Shown piece by piece: positions 10,683 to 25,693 of a stretch of 64,000 nt of DNA; positions within the stretch are counted from its first letter, which is position 1, and each line of letters starts with the position of its first letter. The notes under the pieces are model-generated. The model was not told where the DNA came from. It saw only the letters and a list, made by a program, of their open reading frames with translations, and made no database searches. Both the position numbers and the translations under genes were made by a program. The stretch is taken from NCBI GenBank assembly GCA_031291515.1, contig JARLIW010000226.1, positions 935 through 64,934 of the forward strand, in the 5' to 3' direction. This DNA comes from Beijerinckiaceae bacterium (GTDB taxonomy: Bacteria > Pseudomonadota > Alphaproteobacteria > Rhizobiales > Beijerinckiaceae).

Positions 10683-12902
10683 TTGGACGCGATGGAAGAA
10701 ATCAAGCAAGTCTTTTTCCAAGAGTGCGAAGAGCAACTCTTCGAACTTGAAGCCGGCCTGTTGACGATCGAACGGGGCGATTTCGACCCCGAGACGATAA
10801 ATGCCGTGTTTCGGGCGGTCCACTCGATCAAGGGTGGCGCCGGCGCGTTCAATCTCACGGATCTCGTGCATTTCGCGCATGTGTTCGAGAATACGATGGA
10901 CCTTGTGCGCGTCGGAAAATTGGAACCGAGTCCGGGTCTGATTAAGCTGATGCTGCGCGCCGCCGATATTTTGGCCGATCTGGTTCGGGCCGCGCGCGAC
11001 GACGACACCTCCGATCCGGGGCCGCGCGAGGCCATGGCCGCGGAACTTAAAACTTGGACGCCGGGCGCGATCCCTCCGCCTCAAGCGGCCGCGCCGCCGC
11101 CGGTGGCTGTCGCTCCGAAGGAAGCTTCTCGCAACAACGACGACGGCTTCGTTTTCGTCCCGACGAAAGTCGATCTCAACGATTTCGAAGATCTGAGCCT
11201 CGCTCCGACAACCCATTTCCGCGTCATTTTTCGTCCCAAAGCCGAGCTTTACGCGAAGGGCAACGAAACAACGATTCTCTTCAGGGAACTTGGCCGTCTC
11301 GGACCGATGCATGTCGCTTGCGATATTTCGGAGTTGCCGCCCCTCGAGGATATGCTGCCCGAAGGCGCCTATCTCTCCTGGACGGTTCACTTGGAAACGT
11401 CCGAGGAAGAGGACAAAATCAAAGCCATCTTCGATTTCGTCGAGTGGGATTCAACCCTCGAAATTGAAGTCACCGATGGGATGCGCGCCGACGACGCGAA
11501 AGAGGAACCTTTTGTCTTCAAACCGACAATGGTGGATCTTTCGCTCCTCGAGACGATTGTGCCCGATCCGATAGACGGAGCGGAAGCGTCCGTCATAGAG
11601 CCTCTCGCATCCGCCGCCAAGCCGCCCCAGGCCGCGCCGGCTCCGGCGAAAGCCGAGAAGCCTTCCGGCGACGATCATGCGCCAGCCGAAAAGAAAGATG
11701 CGGCCGCGGCGACCATTCGCGTCGATCTCGAGAGAGTCGATCGCCTCATCGATCTCGTCGGTGAGTTGGTGATCAATCAAGCCATGCTGACCGAGCGCGT
11801 CGCCGAGCTTGGCCTGGCCCGGATGTCCGCGGTCTCGATCGGTCTCGACGAGCTCGAGCAGTTGACCCGTGAAATCCAAGACAGCGTCATGGCGATCCGC
11901 GCGCAGCCGGTGAAGTCCGTATTCCAACGGATGCCGCGCCTCGTCCGGGAAGTCGCCCTGCAAACCGGTAAGAATGTTCGGCTTGTCACCGAGGGCGAGG
12001 GGACCGAAGTCGATAAGACCGTGATCGAACGGCTCAGCGATCCGCTGACCCACATGATCCGGAACGCGATTGATCATGGGCTCGAAAAGCCGGACGTCCG
12101 CCGCGCCGCCGGGAAGCCGGAAGAGGGGCTGTTGAAAGTCGCCGCGCTTCATCGCTCGGGTCGTATCGTCATCGAGATTTCCGATGACGGAGCCGGCATC
12201 AACCGCTCGCGCGTCCGCAGTATCGCCGTGGAAAAGGGACTTATCGCGGCTGACGCCAAACTGTCCGACGAGGATATCGACAATTTGATCTTCCTTCCGG
12301 GGTTCTCGACCGCGGCCGTTGTTTCCGATATTTCCGGCCGAGGTGTCGGCATGGATGTCGTCAAACGATCGATCCAAGCACTCGGCGGACGGATCTCCAT
12401 CCTGTCGCGGCCTGGCCTCGGCTCGACCTTTACGATGAGCCTTCCCCTCACGCTCGCCGTCCTCGATGGGATGGTGGTCTCGGTGGCGGGCCAAACCTTG
12501 GTCATTCCGCTGACGGCCGTGGTGGAAATTCTCCTTCCGCAGGCAACCACGGTTCATAATTTCGGCGGAAACGCCCGTGTCATGGGCGTCCGCAGTGAAT
12601 TCATTCCATTGATCGATGTCGGTCAGGTCTTGCAATTCCGTCAAGAAGATATCGATCCGAAGAGCGGAGTCGCTCTTCTCGTGGAAGCGGAGGGCGGCGT
12701 ACGCAACGCGCTTCTCGTCGACGCCATTCAAGGCCAACGGCAAGTTGTCATCAAAAGTCTCGAAACAAACTATGGGCATGTTCCAGGAATCGCCGCCGCC
12801 ACCATCCTTGGAGATGGGCGCGTCGCTCTCATTCTCGACGTTGATGCCATCGTCGTCGATTCTCGGAATGATATTGCCTCTTCCCTTCCACTTGCAGGGT
12901 AA
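10683..12902 (+). CDS. cheA: chemotaxis histidine kinase CheA
   Basis: Hpt [32 protein letters not shown]-terminal CheW domain. Confidence 0.97.
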   Translation: MDAMEEIKQVFFQECEEQLFELEAGLLTIERGDFDPETINAVFRAVHSIKGGAGAFNLTDLVHFAHVFENTMDLVRVGKLEPSPGLIKLMLRAADILADLVRAARDDDTSDPGPREAMAAELKTWTPGAIPPPQAAAPPPVAVAPKEASRNNDDGFVFVPTKVDLNDFEDLSLAPTTHFRVIFRPKAELYAKGNETTILFRELGRLGPMHVACDISELPPLEDMLPEGAYLSWTVHLETSEEEDKIKAIFDFVEWDSTLEIEVTDGMRADDAKEEPFVFKPTMVDLSLLETIVPDPIDGAEASVIEPLASAAKPPQAAPAPAKAEKPSGDDHAPAEKKDAAAATIRVDLERVDRLIDLVGELVINQAMLTERVAELGLARMSAVSIGLDELEQLTREIQDSVMAIRAQPVKSVFQRMPRLVREVALQTGKNVRLVTEGEGTEVDKTVIERLSDPLTHMIRNAIDHGLEKPDVRRAAGKPEEGLLKVAALHRSGRIVIEISDDGAGINRSRVRSIAVEKGLIAADAKLSDEDIDNLIFLPGFSTAAVVSDISGRGVGMDVVKRSIQALGGRISILSRPGLGSTFTMSLPLTLAVLDGMVVSVAGQTLVIPLTAVVEILLPQATTVHNFGGNARVMGVRSEFIPLIDVGQVLQFRQEDIDPKSGVALLVEAEGGVRNALLVDAIQGQRQVVIKSLETNYGHVPGIAAATILGDGRVALILDVDAIVVDSRNDIASSLPLAG

Positions 12903-12907
12903 TTCAG

Positions 12908-13375
12908 ATGGAAATGCACGCCAAACCCGAAACCACGAAGCCGCGTGAACTGATTTCGTTCATCATCGGCAAGCAGGAGTTTTGCGTCGACATCATGTCG
13001 GTGCGTGAGATTCGTGGTTGGTCGCCAGCGACGCCCTTGCCGCATTCTCCGGCCTTCGTTCGCGGCGTCATCAATTTGCGGGGCGCTGTCCTATCGATTG
13101 TCGACCTTGCGTCGCGACTTGGGTTGCCGACGAGCGAGCCCTCCGCGCGGCACGTCATTATCGTGGCACAGGTCGGCAGCCAAATCGCGGGCCTCTTGGT
13201 CGATGCCGTGACCGGGATATTGACGGTGACGGCCGAAACCGTTCGTCCGACACCGGACGTCGCATCCGAAATGGCGCGCAGCTTCGTCAAAGGTGTTCTC
13301 GCCATCGATAACCGCATGATTACTTTGATCACGCTGGACCACGTCCTCCCTAGTCAAGAGCAGGAAGCCGCGTGA
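12908..13375 (+). CDS. cheW: chemotaxis coupling protein CheW
   Basis: [25 protein letters not shown]. Confidence 0.96.
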   Translation: MEMHAKPETTKPRELISFIIGKQEFCVDIMSVREIRGWSPATPLPHSPAFVRGVINLRGAVLSIVDLASRLGLPTSEPSARHVIIVAQVGSQIAGLLVDAVTGILTVTAETVRPTPDVASEMARSFVKGVLAIDNRMITLITLDHVLPSQEQEAA

Positions 13376-14262
13376 GCGCGTTACCGCAAGCAACTCCGCG
13401 ATCCGCAGCGCCCTCTGGCGATCGCGAATTCATTTTCCGGAACGAGGATTTCCGGCAGATCGCGGCGATGTTGCACGCGGATTCCGGGATATTTCTCTCG
13501 GAGCAGAAGGAAAGCCTGGTCTATTCGAGGTTGGTCAAGCGATTGCGGGCGCTGGGGCTGTCCTCTTTCAAGGACTATTGCGCGCTCGTCGCCGATCATT
13601 CCGGGGTCCAAGAACGCCAAAACATGTTGGCGGCGTTGACGACGAATGTGACGCGCTTTTTCCGCGAGCCCCATCATTTCGAATATCTCAAAGAGACTGT
13701 CCTGCCCCCACTGCTGCAAGCGGCGAAGCGGGGCGGTCGGGTGCGGATTTGGTCGGCGGGATGTTCGAAAGGCCAAGAGCCCTATTCGATCGCTATGACC
13801 ATCCTGTCGCTGATGCCCGATGCCGTCAATTACGATGTCAGGGTTCTGGCGACCGATATCGACCCGAACGTGCTTCAGGAAGGTCGCGACGGCGTTTACG
13901 ACAAAAGCGAATTGGAGGATATGCCCAAACCCGAGCGCTCGCGTTTCTTTTCGCCGGCGAATGGGTCCGCGTCGTCCTTCACGGTGTCGGACGATATGCG
14001 TCGCCTCGTCTCGTTCAAGGAGCTGAACCTTGTGGGGCAATGGCCCGTCAAGGGGCCTTTCAACGTGATTTTCTGCAGAAACGTGGTGATCTATTTCAAC
14101 GAGGACACGCAATCCAAGATTTGGGAGCGCTTCTCGTCCCTTCTCGTCCCGCAAGGCTTGCTTTGCATCGGCCATTCCGAGCGGCTGTCCGGGCCGGCTC
14201 TGCCTCGGTTCAAGCCGACGGGTACGACGATGTACGTTCATGGGCGTGGAGGCACCGCATGA
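13372..14262 (+). CDS. cheR: chemotaxis methyltransferase CheR
   Basis: [36 protein letters not shown]. Confidence 0.96.
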   Translation: MSALPQATPRSAAPSGDREFIFRNEDFRQIAAMLHADSGIFLSEQKESLVYSRLVKRLRALGLSSFKDYCALVADHSGVQERQNMLAALTTNVTRFFREPHHFEYLKETVLPPLLQAAKRGGRVRIWSAGCSKGQEPYSIAMTILSLMPDAVNYDVRVLATDIDPNVLQEGRDGVYDKSELEDMPKPERSRFFSPANGSASSFTVSDDMRRLVSFKELNLVGQWPVKGPFNVIFCRNVVIYFNEDTQSKIWERFSSLLVPQGLLCIGHSERLSGPALPRFKPTGTTMYVHGRGGTA

Positions 14263-15302
14263 GAAAGCACCGTGTTCTCGTCGTCGATGATTCCGCCAGC
14301 ATGCGGCATCTCATCAGTTCGGTTTTGTTGGATACGGCCGATATCGAAGTCGTCGGTCATGCGGCCGATGCGCTCGAAGCGCGCGAAGCCATCAAACAGC
14401 TGAATCCGGACGTCGTGACTCTCGATGTCGAAATGCCGAAAATGAATGGCATCGACTTCTTGGAGAAACTGATGCGGCTGCGCCCGACGCCCGTCATCAT
14501 GGTCTCCAATTTTACGTCGACGGGCGGGGAACTGACCGTCAAGGCGCTTGAAATGGGGGCGGTGGATTGCATCGGCAAGCCACAGCCGGGTGACCGAACG
14601 TTGTTCGCGGGGTTGGCCGACAAAATCCGCATCGCGGCGGAAGTGCGATTCCGGCCTCCGGCGTCTCGTCACGAACATCTTGACCCGGGCCGCGCCGCCG
14701 CGGGCCATTCAGCCTATAAGCCCGATGGGCGTATCGTCGCGATTGGTTCGTCCGCCGGCGGGGTCGAGGCGTTGAGCGCGGTTCTCGACGGGTTTCCCGC
14801 GAACTGCCCGCCTATTGTCATCACGCAACACATGCCCGAAATGTTCACGAAGAGCCTCGCGGCGCGGTTGGATCGTCTCTGTCATGCAACGGTCACCGAA
14901 GCGGTCGACGGCGCGCCGCTCGAAATCGGTCAAGTGTATGTCGCTCCGGGTGGGCCCGCGCATTTGACGATCACGGGAACGAGTTCATTCCGTTGCCGGT
15001 TGGTCCCAACTGGCCTTGTTAGCGGCCATCGGCCTTCGGTCGATGTTCTCTTTCAATCGGTCGCCAAGGTTGCGGGAAATTCAGCTATTGGCGTCATTCT
15101 TTCGGGAATGGGCCGCGACGGCGCGGACGGCCTTCTCACCATGCGCAAGGCCGGCGCGCGAACAATCGGTCAGGATGCTGACAGTTCTTTCATATATGGC
15201 ATGCCAAGAACAGCTTATGAGGCGGGCGGTGTCGAACGCCAACTGCCTCTTAAGAAAATCGGTGCGGAAATCCTAACACTGACCAATCAAAAGTCCGGAT
15301 AA
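14259..15302 (+). CDS. cheB: chemotaxis methylesterase CheB
   Basis: Receiver domain plus IGSSAGG, QHMP, HRPSVD, GMGRDGA; start at ATG 14259 (ATGA overlap with cheR). Confidence 0.96.
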   Translation: MRKHRVLVVDDSASMRHLISSVLLDTADIEVVGHAADALEAREAIKQLNPDVVTLDVEMPKMNGIDFLEKLMRLRPTPVIMVSNFTSTGGELTVKALEMGAVDCIGKPQPGDRTLFAGLADKIRIAAEVRFRPPASRHEHLDPGRAAAGHSAYKPDGRIVAIGSSAGGVEALSAVLDGFPANCPPIVITQHMPEMFTKSLAARLDRLCHATVTEAVDGAPLEIGQVYVAPGGPAHLTITGTSSFRCRLVPTGLVSGHRPSVDVLFQSVAKVAGNSAIGVILSGMGRDGADGLLTMRKAGARTIGQDADSSFIYGMPRTAYEAGGVERQLPLKKIGAEILTLTNQKSG

Positions 15303-15306
15303 TCAA

Positions 15307-15696
15307 ATGCCCCTCGCATCTGCTCTCAAGGTTCTCATCGCCGACGATCAACAGACCAGTCGTTTGTTGATTCGGTCTGCGCTTTCCGATCTCGGCATCC
15401 CGAACGTAGTCATGGCCAAGGACGGCCAGGAAGCGCTCGACGCTGTCATGAAGTCGCCGGTGCATTTGATCGTGTCGGATTATCACATGCCGAAGCTCAA
15501 CGGCGTTGAGCTCTTGCGGGCGGTTCGCGCCCACGGCCCGACAAAGAAGGCGGCGTTTTTTCTCCTCACGGGGGCTGAAGACACGGCGTTTCTCAAATTG
15601 GCGCAGGAACTTCAGGTCAACAACTATTTGAAGAAACCGGTTTCCGTGCCGGAACTGCGTAAGAAAATCGAGGCCGTTTTCGGTCCGTTGCAATAG
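15307..15696 (+). CDS. cheY: chemotaxis response regulator CheY2
   Basis: Single receiver domain ADD..SDYHMP..KKP; position after cheB. Confidence 0.88.
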   Translation: MPLASALKVLIADDQQTSRLLIRSALSDLGIPNVVMAKDGQEALDAVMKSPVHLIVSDYHMPKLNGVELLRAVRAHGPTKKAAFFLLTGAEDTAFLKLAQELQVNNYLKKPVSVPELRKKIEAVFGPLQ

Positions 15697-15715
15697 CTAA
15701 AGGGCGGGCGCACCA

Positions 15716-16264
15716 TTGTCGACTCATCACAATCCAAGCGCCCGCGCTGTTAAGACAGTCCATGTCATTCAAGGCGAGCATAAGATTAGCCGCGATCCCG
15801 AGGTTTGCCTGGTCACGATCCTGGGATCTTGTGTCGCGGCTTGCATTCGCGATCCCGTCGCGGGAATCGGTGGGATGAACCACTTTCTTCTCCCTGGTGG
15901 AGACGGGACCAAGGCGTCGGACGCCGAACGACACGGCGTTCACCAAATGGAGCTTTTGCTCAATGCGCTTTTGGCCCAAGGGGCCTCGCGCAGGCGGCTC
16001 GAGGCCAAAATTTTTGGTGGGGCCAAAACAATCGCGGGACGCGCCGACGTCGGCTCCATGAATGCCGATTTCGCCACCAATTTCCTTCGCAGGGAGCAAA
16101 TTGCGATCGTGGGGGAGTGTTTACGAGGCAATTTGGGTCGCCGCGTCCAGTACTGGCCGATTTCCGGCCGGGCCCGCCGCAGTTTCTTGGATTACGCGCA
16201 GGATTCGAATTTGCCGGTGGCGCCCGTTGTGCCGACGTCGAGCGGATCTCTGGAGTTGTTTTAG
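15716..16264 (+). CDS. cheD: chemoreceptor glutamine deamidase CheD
   Basis: [26 protein letters not shown]. Confidence 0.95.
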   Translation: MSTHHNPSARAVKTVHVIQGEHKISRDPEVCLVTILGSCVAACIRDPVAGIGGMNHFLLPGGDGTKASDAERHGVHQMELLLNALLAQGASRRRLEAKIFGGAKTIAGRADVGSMNADFATNFLRREQIAIVGECLRGNLGRRVQYWPISGRARRSFLDYAQDSNLPVAPVVPTSSGSLELF

Positions 16265-16566
16265 TTCGATTGGGAGCTTGGAGCCTCGGAGTTTTTGGAC
16301 GCGTCGCGAGGTGGTGGAACCTGGAGCCGGTTCAGGCGCCGGCTTTTAGAATGATTTAGGTGGTCGGCGTCAATCTAAGCGGCGGAAGCCCGCGGCAGTT
16401 TTCCAAGAAAGACAATGGCGGTCCGGCCATTGGGTGTCACGGTTCTTTCGTCGCGGCCTAGACAAGAGGAAGCGGAAAGTCTCGCGCCGTTGCGGGGCAT
16501 TTATTATATTGTTTGGCGGATGGGGCGCGGGAACTCATGAATAATCGAGCAATCGGAGGGCACCAG

Positions 16567-16923
16567 ATGGTGCTCGAAGATCAAAAGGGCACCAACCTTT
16601 CCGCGCTTCTCGACCGGATGCAGGTCGAAGTCGATTCGCTCGTCGAGATGGTCGGGGCCATGCAGACGGGCCTGTCGCCGATGATTGTCGATAAAGCAGG
16701 CAGCGATCCCGCCGCGTTTCGTCACGCGCAAAATATCGATCTGGTTTGGCAAATTCTCGGAAGTCTGTCCCTTGTGCTGGAAGCGCTGAAGGATGACGAT
16801 GTCACGCATCATCCTGTCGATGTCGATGCCGCGGTCTGCCATATTCCCCTCGCCAATCTCGCGGCGCGGCTGCGCGGCAAGCCTACGCTCGTGCCCGTTG
16901 GGGACGATCTTGATTTATTTTAA
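16567..16923 (+). CDS. CheT-like protein
   Basis: Follows cheD as in the Sinorhizobium che operon; QNIDLVWQ.L..L, LAARL, C-terminal GDDLDLF; GGAGGG RBS. Confidence 0.6.
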   Translation: MVLEDQKGTNLSALLDRMQVEVDSLVEMVGAMQTGLSPMIVDKAGSDPAAFRHAQNIDLVWQILGSLSLVLEALKDDDVTHHPVDVDAAVCHIPLANLAARLRGKPTLVPVGDDLDLF

Positions 16924-17024
16924 AGCGCCAGCCATATCGAGTCGGGTCGCGCAGGTTTCGTATCAAATACGCGGGCGTCGCGGCCGACGCGCCACTTCGA
17001 CATCAGGCGTTCCTCGGCGCGCGA

Positions 17025-17240
17025 TCAGTAATGTGGCGGGCGCTCTTGCCCAAAAGCGGGCGTCGTACCGAGATCCCGAAGTCTGCCATCGAATTGGGCC
17101 ACTTGCCTGACGAGGCTATCGATCTGGCGCCATTGGGCCGTGATCGTGGCATTTAAATCCTCGATGATTTGATCTTGATGTGTCATGCGCGTTTCAAGCG
17201 TATCGAGACGGCGGCTGAGAGCGTCGTGATGGGGCGTCAT
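17025..17240 (-). CDS. slyX: SlyX family protein
   Basis: RLDTLETRMTHQDQIIEDLN..ERPPHY. Confidence 0.92.
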   Translation of the reverse strand: MTPHHDALSRRLDTLETRMTHQDQIIEDLNATITAQWRQIDSLVRQVAQFDGRLRDLGTTPAFGQERPPHY

Positions 17241-17415
17241 GGCGGCTTGGGTCCTGATTGGCGTTCGAGAGACTTTTGCCGAGAAAAGCCGGGACGCCCA
17301 GCAAATTCGGACGGATTTATCGCGACCGATTTCAGCGGCCTGGCGCGCCGGTGAATTTCGCGGATTCCGGTGCATCCTTAGAGCCTATTCCGAACCAGGT
17401 GGAGACTTTTGACAC

Positions 17416-18723
<1,308 letters not shown>

Positions 18724-18756
18724 GGCCTCGCTCGCTTCTCGACCGCTCGACGATAA

Positions 18757-18772
18757 TGTAGTGTTGGCTACA
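18757..18772. promoter_or_regulatory. putative MntR operator overlapping the mntH promoter
   Basis: Palindrome TGTAG-N6-CTACA, lying between minus-strand TTGACC and TACATT. Confidence 0.6.
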
Positions 18773-19095
18773 CCTCGGTCAATAGGCATTATTCTAATGC
18801 CTTTGGAATATCGGTCCAGGTGCTCCCGAGATCCGGGGCCTCCGCGAACGCGTTGAACATGGGCCGCGCGGGACAATCATGCGAACGATCGGCTTACCCG
18901 ATCGTGAAAAGAGCCTATGATGCGAAGACTTGATCGGTTTGCCATAAGAGGTTTTCTCGAAAAGTCGCGGGCTTGTTCCAGCCCGTGAGGACACGAACGG
19001 TTTCTTATGGCTTCGGCGGAAATGCCCAAGCGGAATCGCTCGGGCGGCGGCGGATGGTCGGGACGGACGATTTTGAAATTATCGGGGACCGCGTG

Positions 19096-19563
19096 ATGCG
19101 ACGATCTGCCCAGACTCCGAAACATGAGGTTCAGGTGTTGCCTGCGGAACCAACGCAGGCCCGCCGCTTTGATCACGCGCGCAAAGCCCGTTCCACGGCA
19201 CTCTTGGAGGATTATGTCGAATTAATCGCCGATCTCATGGCGGCGACCGGCGAAGCGCGCGCCACCGATATCGCCAAACGTCTGGGCGTGACCCATCCCA
19301 CCGCGATTAAAACCATCGCGCGTTTAAAACTTGCCGGCCTTGCGACGTCGCGCCCTTATCGCGGCGTGTTCCTCACCGAAGCAGGCGTCGATCTCGCGAA
19401 GCGGACGAAAGCGCGTCATCGTCTTGTCGTCGATTTCTTAGTAGAAATCGGCGTTCCGTTGGAGGCTGCCGAGTCCGACGGCGAGGGGATCGAACACTAT
19501 GTGTCGGACGTGACTCTCAAGGCGTTTGGGCGATTTCTTCGGAGCCGCGGCCGGCCGATCTGA
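19096..19563 (+). CDS. mntR: manganese-binding transcriptional regulator MntR
   Basis: EDYVELIADL..GEARATDIA.RLGV, PYRGVFLT, RHR, D.EGIEH; divergent from mntH. Confidence 0.92.
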   Translation: MRRSAQTPKHEVQVLPAEPTQARRFDHARKARSTALLEDYVELIADLMAATGEARATDIAKRLGVTHPTAIKTIARLKLAGLATSRPYRGVFLTEAGVDLAKRTKARHRLVVDFLVEIGVPLEAAESDGEGIEHYVSDVTLKAFGRFLRSRGRPI

Positions 19564-19714
19564 TGGGGCCCGTGACGCTTTTGTGAAGCACAAAACGGCC
19601 ATACCCCGATCTCCAAAAAGCCTGCCGTGTCCGGCAAAGTCGTTTTGTCGGCGCAGGCGGAACCAAGGCAAAGCTCGGTCGTTGCTCGCGGGGACGAGTC
19701 CGGATAGGCAGGAG

Positions 19715-19960
19715 ATGTTTTTGCATAAGTTGAAATCGCATGACCGGAAGGACGTTTCCAGTGAAATGCCGGCCTTTGCCGTTCAGCAGGCGGAACATGG
19801 CTGGCACGTTCACATTACCTGGCCAGGCGGCGAGGAAGGACCTTCGATCGATTTCGTTTCGCGGCGTGATGCGGAGCTTTGGATCATGCAGGACGCGCGG
19901 GAATGGGTCGGCCGTCTTAAGGCATTGAGCCGGACCCCATCGATGCGATCCTTGGGGTGA
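19715..19960 (+). CDS. small hypothetical protein
   Basis: GGCAGGAG before the ATG; W.VHITWP.G..F.S..DAE.WI pattern looks like a real small domain. Confidence 0.5.
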   Translation: MFLHKLKSHDRKDVSSEMPAFAVQQAEHGWHVHITWPGGEEGPSIDFVSRRDAELWIMQDAREWVGRLKALSRTPSMRSLG

Positions 19961-20280
19961 AGCCGGATTCGATGGGTCGCGAGCGATGATTTCACCGCTT
20001 CGATTTTTGTGGGAGCGGCGGTGGCCTACCGCCGCCATCCCCGTCCAGGAGATGTTGCGGCGCATCGGCAATTTCAAGTTCCGCGCGCCGACCACGTAGA
20101 ACCATTTTGCAAGAGCGTTTGTTCGCGGGAACGCCGCGCGTGCCGGCATTGTCCTGTCCGGCGTCGCATTGGAAAGCTCTGTAAAGCTTTGCCTCGCTGG
20201 TTAAGGCTTCTGTACCAGTTGGGGGATATCTTCGTGGAAGCTGGCGTAAGGCCGGGATTTACTTGCGTTTGGAGGACACC

Positions 20281-20961
20281 ATGCGCGTCGATGAAATCAT
20301 GACGAAAACCGTCGAGACGATCCGGTCCGAGGCCACGATTTACGAGGCCATCACGAAGCTCGTTCAGCATCGCATTAGCGGCCTGCCGGTGGTCGATGCC
20401 GCGGGCAAGCTCGTCGGCATGCTGACGGAAGGTGATTTATTGCGCCGGGCGGAGCTTGGCACCGCGCATAAGCATCGCGAGTTGCCGGGGCTTTTCGGCG
20501 GGCGCGACCGGATCGTGCATGAGGAGGCCAAGGATTACGTCCGCGACCATTCCAAGCGGGTCTCGGATATCATGACGCGCAACCCGGTTTCCGTCCACGA
20601 GTCGACGCTTTTGAGCGACGCGGTGGCTTTGATGGAGCAGCACGGAATCCGGCGGGTGCCGGTCGTCGCTCTGGGCGGGCTGGTCGGAATCCTGAGCCGG
20701 AGCGATCTGGTTCGCCATCTCGGCAATTTGATGCGCGGCAGCGCCATGTTGCGTCGCGACGACGAGGAGATTCGCGCTGAAGTGCTCGCGGAGTTGAACC
20801 GGCAGGTTTGGTTCAAGAGCTGCAAGGTCAACGTGGCGGTCCATGACGGCCATGTCCGCTTTGCCGGAACGCTGCATGACGGCTCGGTTGGAGCGGCGTT
20901 GCGCGTCGCCGCGGAAACCGTGCCCGGCGTCATTTCGGTCCGAGTCCCCATTGCCTCCTAA
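20281..20961 (+). CDS. CBS-pair plus BON domain protein
   Basis: MRVDEIMT..ISGLPVVD..G.LTEGDLLRRAE; second CBS; C-terminal BON (V.V.DG.V..G..AAETVPGV). Confidence 0.9.
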   Translation: MRVDEIMTKTVETIRSEATIYEAITKLVQHRISGLPVVDAAGKLVGMLTEGDLLRRAELGTAHKHRELPGLFGGRDRIVHEEAKDYVRDHSKRVSDIMTRNPVSVHESTLLSDAVALMEQHGIRRVPVVALGGLVGILSRSDLVRHLGNLMRGSAMLRRDDEEIRAEVLAELNRQVWFKSCKVNVAVHDGHVRFAGTLHDGSVGAALRVAAETVPGVISVRVPIAS

Positions 20962-20964
20962 ATG

Positions 20965-20995
20965 AAAAAACCGCCGGACGAGTCATCCGGCGGTT
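20965..20995. terminator. intrinsic terminator between convergent genes
   Basis: AAAAAACCGCCGGA..TCCGGCGGTT hairpin; U-tract on the minus strand. Confidence 0.75.
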
Positions 20996-21099
20996 CAAAC
21001 GAAGAAAATGGACGCCGAAGCGCCGCTCCGAAACAGCGTCAATCTCCTGACACTCGGATACTTTTTTGCTTTGATGAGTCCATCAAAGCCGAAAGCTCC

Positions 21100-21441
21100 T
21101 CAGTGGAGATGTTTTGCGATATACTTGTTCATTTCGAACATCGTGACTTTATCGACGCCAAAAACTGCCTTGAGCTTTTCGTCGGCGAGGATTTCGCGCT
21201 TGTTCGCCTCGTTCTGAAGTTTGTGCTTCTTGATGTAATCCCAAACTTTTTTGACGACTTCGGTGCGCGGGATCGGGGTTGCCCCGACAACGGCCGCGAG
21301 TTCTTTTGATGGCGTCAATGGCTTGGAAAAGGCGCTGGTCGCGGCGCCTTCGGCCTTGGGCTTGGTGGTCTTGGCCGCGGCTTTCGCGGGTGCTTCCTTG
21401 GCGGCCGCTTTAGCCGTTGGTTTTTTGCCTGCGTCGCTCAT
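21100..21441 (-). CDS. SWIB/MDM2-domain protein with Lys/Ala-rich N-terminus
   Basis: PS.ELAAVVG..PRTEVVKKVWDYIKKHKLQ..NKREILADEKL..MFEMNK. Confidence 0.92.
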   Translation of the reverse strand: MSDAGKKPTAKAAAKEAPAKAAAKTTKPKAEGAATSAFSKPLTPSKELAAVVGATPIPRTEVVKKVWDYIKKHKLQNEANKREILADEKLKAVFGVDKVTMFEMNKYIAKHLH

Positions 21442-21868
21442 CCGTTTCCCTCCGACATTTCCGGTCTCTCACGAGGAGCGCTGCCCCAGAACAAAGCCGC
21501 ATCTCCACCTGACAATGCCCAGACCGAACCTTAAGCCCGCGCTTCCGTCAAGCGGTCAGGCCCTCTAAGCCCTCTCAGCGCCACCAAAATCGCGTTTCGA
21601 CTGGGGAAAGACCGCGAAAGGCCGCCGAATCGTCCCGCTTTCACAGGGCGAGCAACCCCGAAATTGGTTTTTTTGCCGGGTGATTCTCTCCCGGTGGGTG
21701 ATTCTCGGGGTCTGACGGGCGCGGCGCGCTCTCAGTCGCCTGGCGCATGCCGTTTTCAACATCCATCCGTGCTTTCGGCCATGCATTTCCCGATTTGACG
21801 GGCTATAAGACAAGGCAACGAAAACGCAGGCTGGCTCTTGAAGCTTAGCCGCATGGAAAGCCCTGTAG

Positions 21869-24340
<2,472 letters not shown>

Positions 24341-24925
24341 GTGAACAATATGCTCGTCCTCATCATCGGCATTATCGTCTTTCTTGGCGTGCATACGCTG
24401 ACGGCGCTGCGCGAGACGCGGGCGGGCATTATCGGACGGATCGGCCTTGGCGCGTACAAGGGCGTTCATTCGCTGCTGGCGCTTCTCGGCTTTGTCCTGA
24501 TCGTCTGGGGTTTTTCCCATTATCGCGCCGGAGGCTTGATCCACGTCTGGTCGCCGCCGGTTTGGACGCGCCACCTGACCATCTCGCTCATGTGGTTTGC
24601 CTTCGTGGCGCTCGCCTGCGTGAATCCCGCGCCGAGCCGTATCCGGGGTTGGCTCCGCCATCCGATGCTTGTCGCGATCAAAATCTGGGCGCTCGCGCAT
24701 TTGCTCGCCAACGGCGACGCCGGCGGCATGTTGCTGTTCGGCTCGTTCCTGGCCTGGGCGGTTTTCGATCGCATCGCCGTCAAGAAGCGCGGCGACCTCG
24801 GCGCGCCCCGGATTTTATCTTTTACGCGCGCGGATGCCATCAACCTGATCGTCGGGTCCGTGGCCTATGTGGCGATGATCTTCCTGCATCCTATTCTGAT
24901 CGGCGTGCCGGTGATCCTGCGCTGA
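24341..24925 (+). CDS. NnrU family membrane protein
   Basis: FLGVH, RHPML.AIKIWALAHLLANGD. Confidence 0.88.
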   Translation: MNNMLVLIIGIIVFLGVHTLTALRETRAGIIGRIGLGAYKGVHSLLALLGFVLIVWGFSHYRAGGLIHVWSPPVWTRHLTISLMWFAFVALACVNPAPSRIRGWLRHPMLVAIKIWALAHLLANGDAGGMLLFGSFLAWAVFDRIAVKKRGDLGAPRILSFTRADAINLIVGSVAYVAMIFLHPILIGVPVILR

Positions 24926-24936
24926 GCGACGCCGCG

Positions 24937-25491
24937 CTAGCCCAGTTTCGATTTCACTTCGCGTAAAATCTCGTCGGCGAGCACATCGTCGTCGACGGCG
25001 CGCGCGAGAATCAATGCCCCCACCATCGACGACAGCATGCGGATCGCGTCGCCCCTGGCATCCTGCTTCCTCGGCCAAGGGAAGTGACGCGTGAACGTGT
25101 CGATATAGGTCTTGAGATGGAGGGTGAACGAGCGTTTGACCTCCGGCTCCCGGCTGATCTCGCAGGCCAATGCGGCCATCAGGCACCCCTGTCCTGGCGC
25201 GTCGCGGTGGTCCGCCGAAAGATAGCGCGCGACATAGGCCGATCGTCCTTCTCCGGTTCCCGGCACGGCACGGAGATCCGTTAGCGTCTTCTCCGACGCA
25301 TGCCTAATGCCTTCGGCCATGAGCGCCTGTTTCGACGCAAAGTGATTGTAGAACGGGCCGTGCGTCAGGCCCGTCGCCTTCATGATTTCCCCGACGCTCA
25401 CGCCCGCGAAACCGCGCTCCCGGAACAGCCGCGAGGCTTCGTCGAGGATGCGTTGGTGCTTCTCCGCCGTTTCCGCCGCGGGATACCGCAT
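24937..25491 (-). CDS. TetR/AcrR family regulator
   Basis: ILDEASRLFRERGF..VGEIMKATGLTHGPFYNHFASK HTH. Confidence 0.93.
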   Translation of the reverse strand: MRYPAAETAEKHQRILDEASRLFRERGFAGVSVGEIMKATGLTHGPFYNHFASKQALMAEGIRHASEKTLTDLRAVPGTGEGRSAYVARYLSADHRDAPGQGCLMAALACEISREPEVKRSFTLHLKTYIDTFTRHFPWPRKQDARGDAIRMLSSMVGALILARAVDDDVLADEILREVKSKLG

Positions 25492-25531
25492 GATCGATCT
25501 CCTTCTGGGCAAATCACCCATGCTTGACACC

Positions 25532-25581
25532 ATACATGATGCCTGTCATGTATTCAAACAGCAAGCATGATGATCGTCATG
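25532..25581. promoter_or_regulatory. tandem TetR-type operators
   Basis: ATACATGA-N6-TCATGTAT (25532-25553) and CATGA-N6-TCATG (25566-25581), next to TTGACA at 25524. Confidence 0.75.
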
Positions 25582-25693
25582 TTTGGCCCCGGCGAGAGCT
25601 GGATTGTGAAAATTAAAGCGTCAAATCAACTGGGCGCGAGCCAGGCCGGGTTTTGAAACCCGGCGGCCGCGCCGAGCCAAAAGGAATAGGGAC

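Noticed and set aside
13578-14258. Long N-terminal extension of CheB
   Set aside because: Overlaps cheR out of frame; the ATGA-coupled start at 14259 gives a normal CheB.
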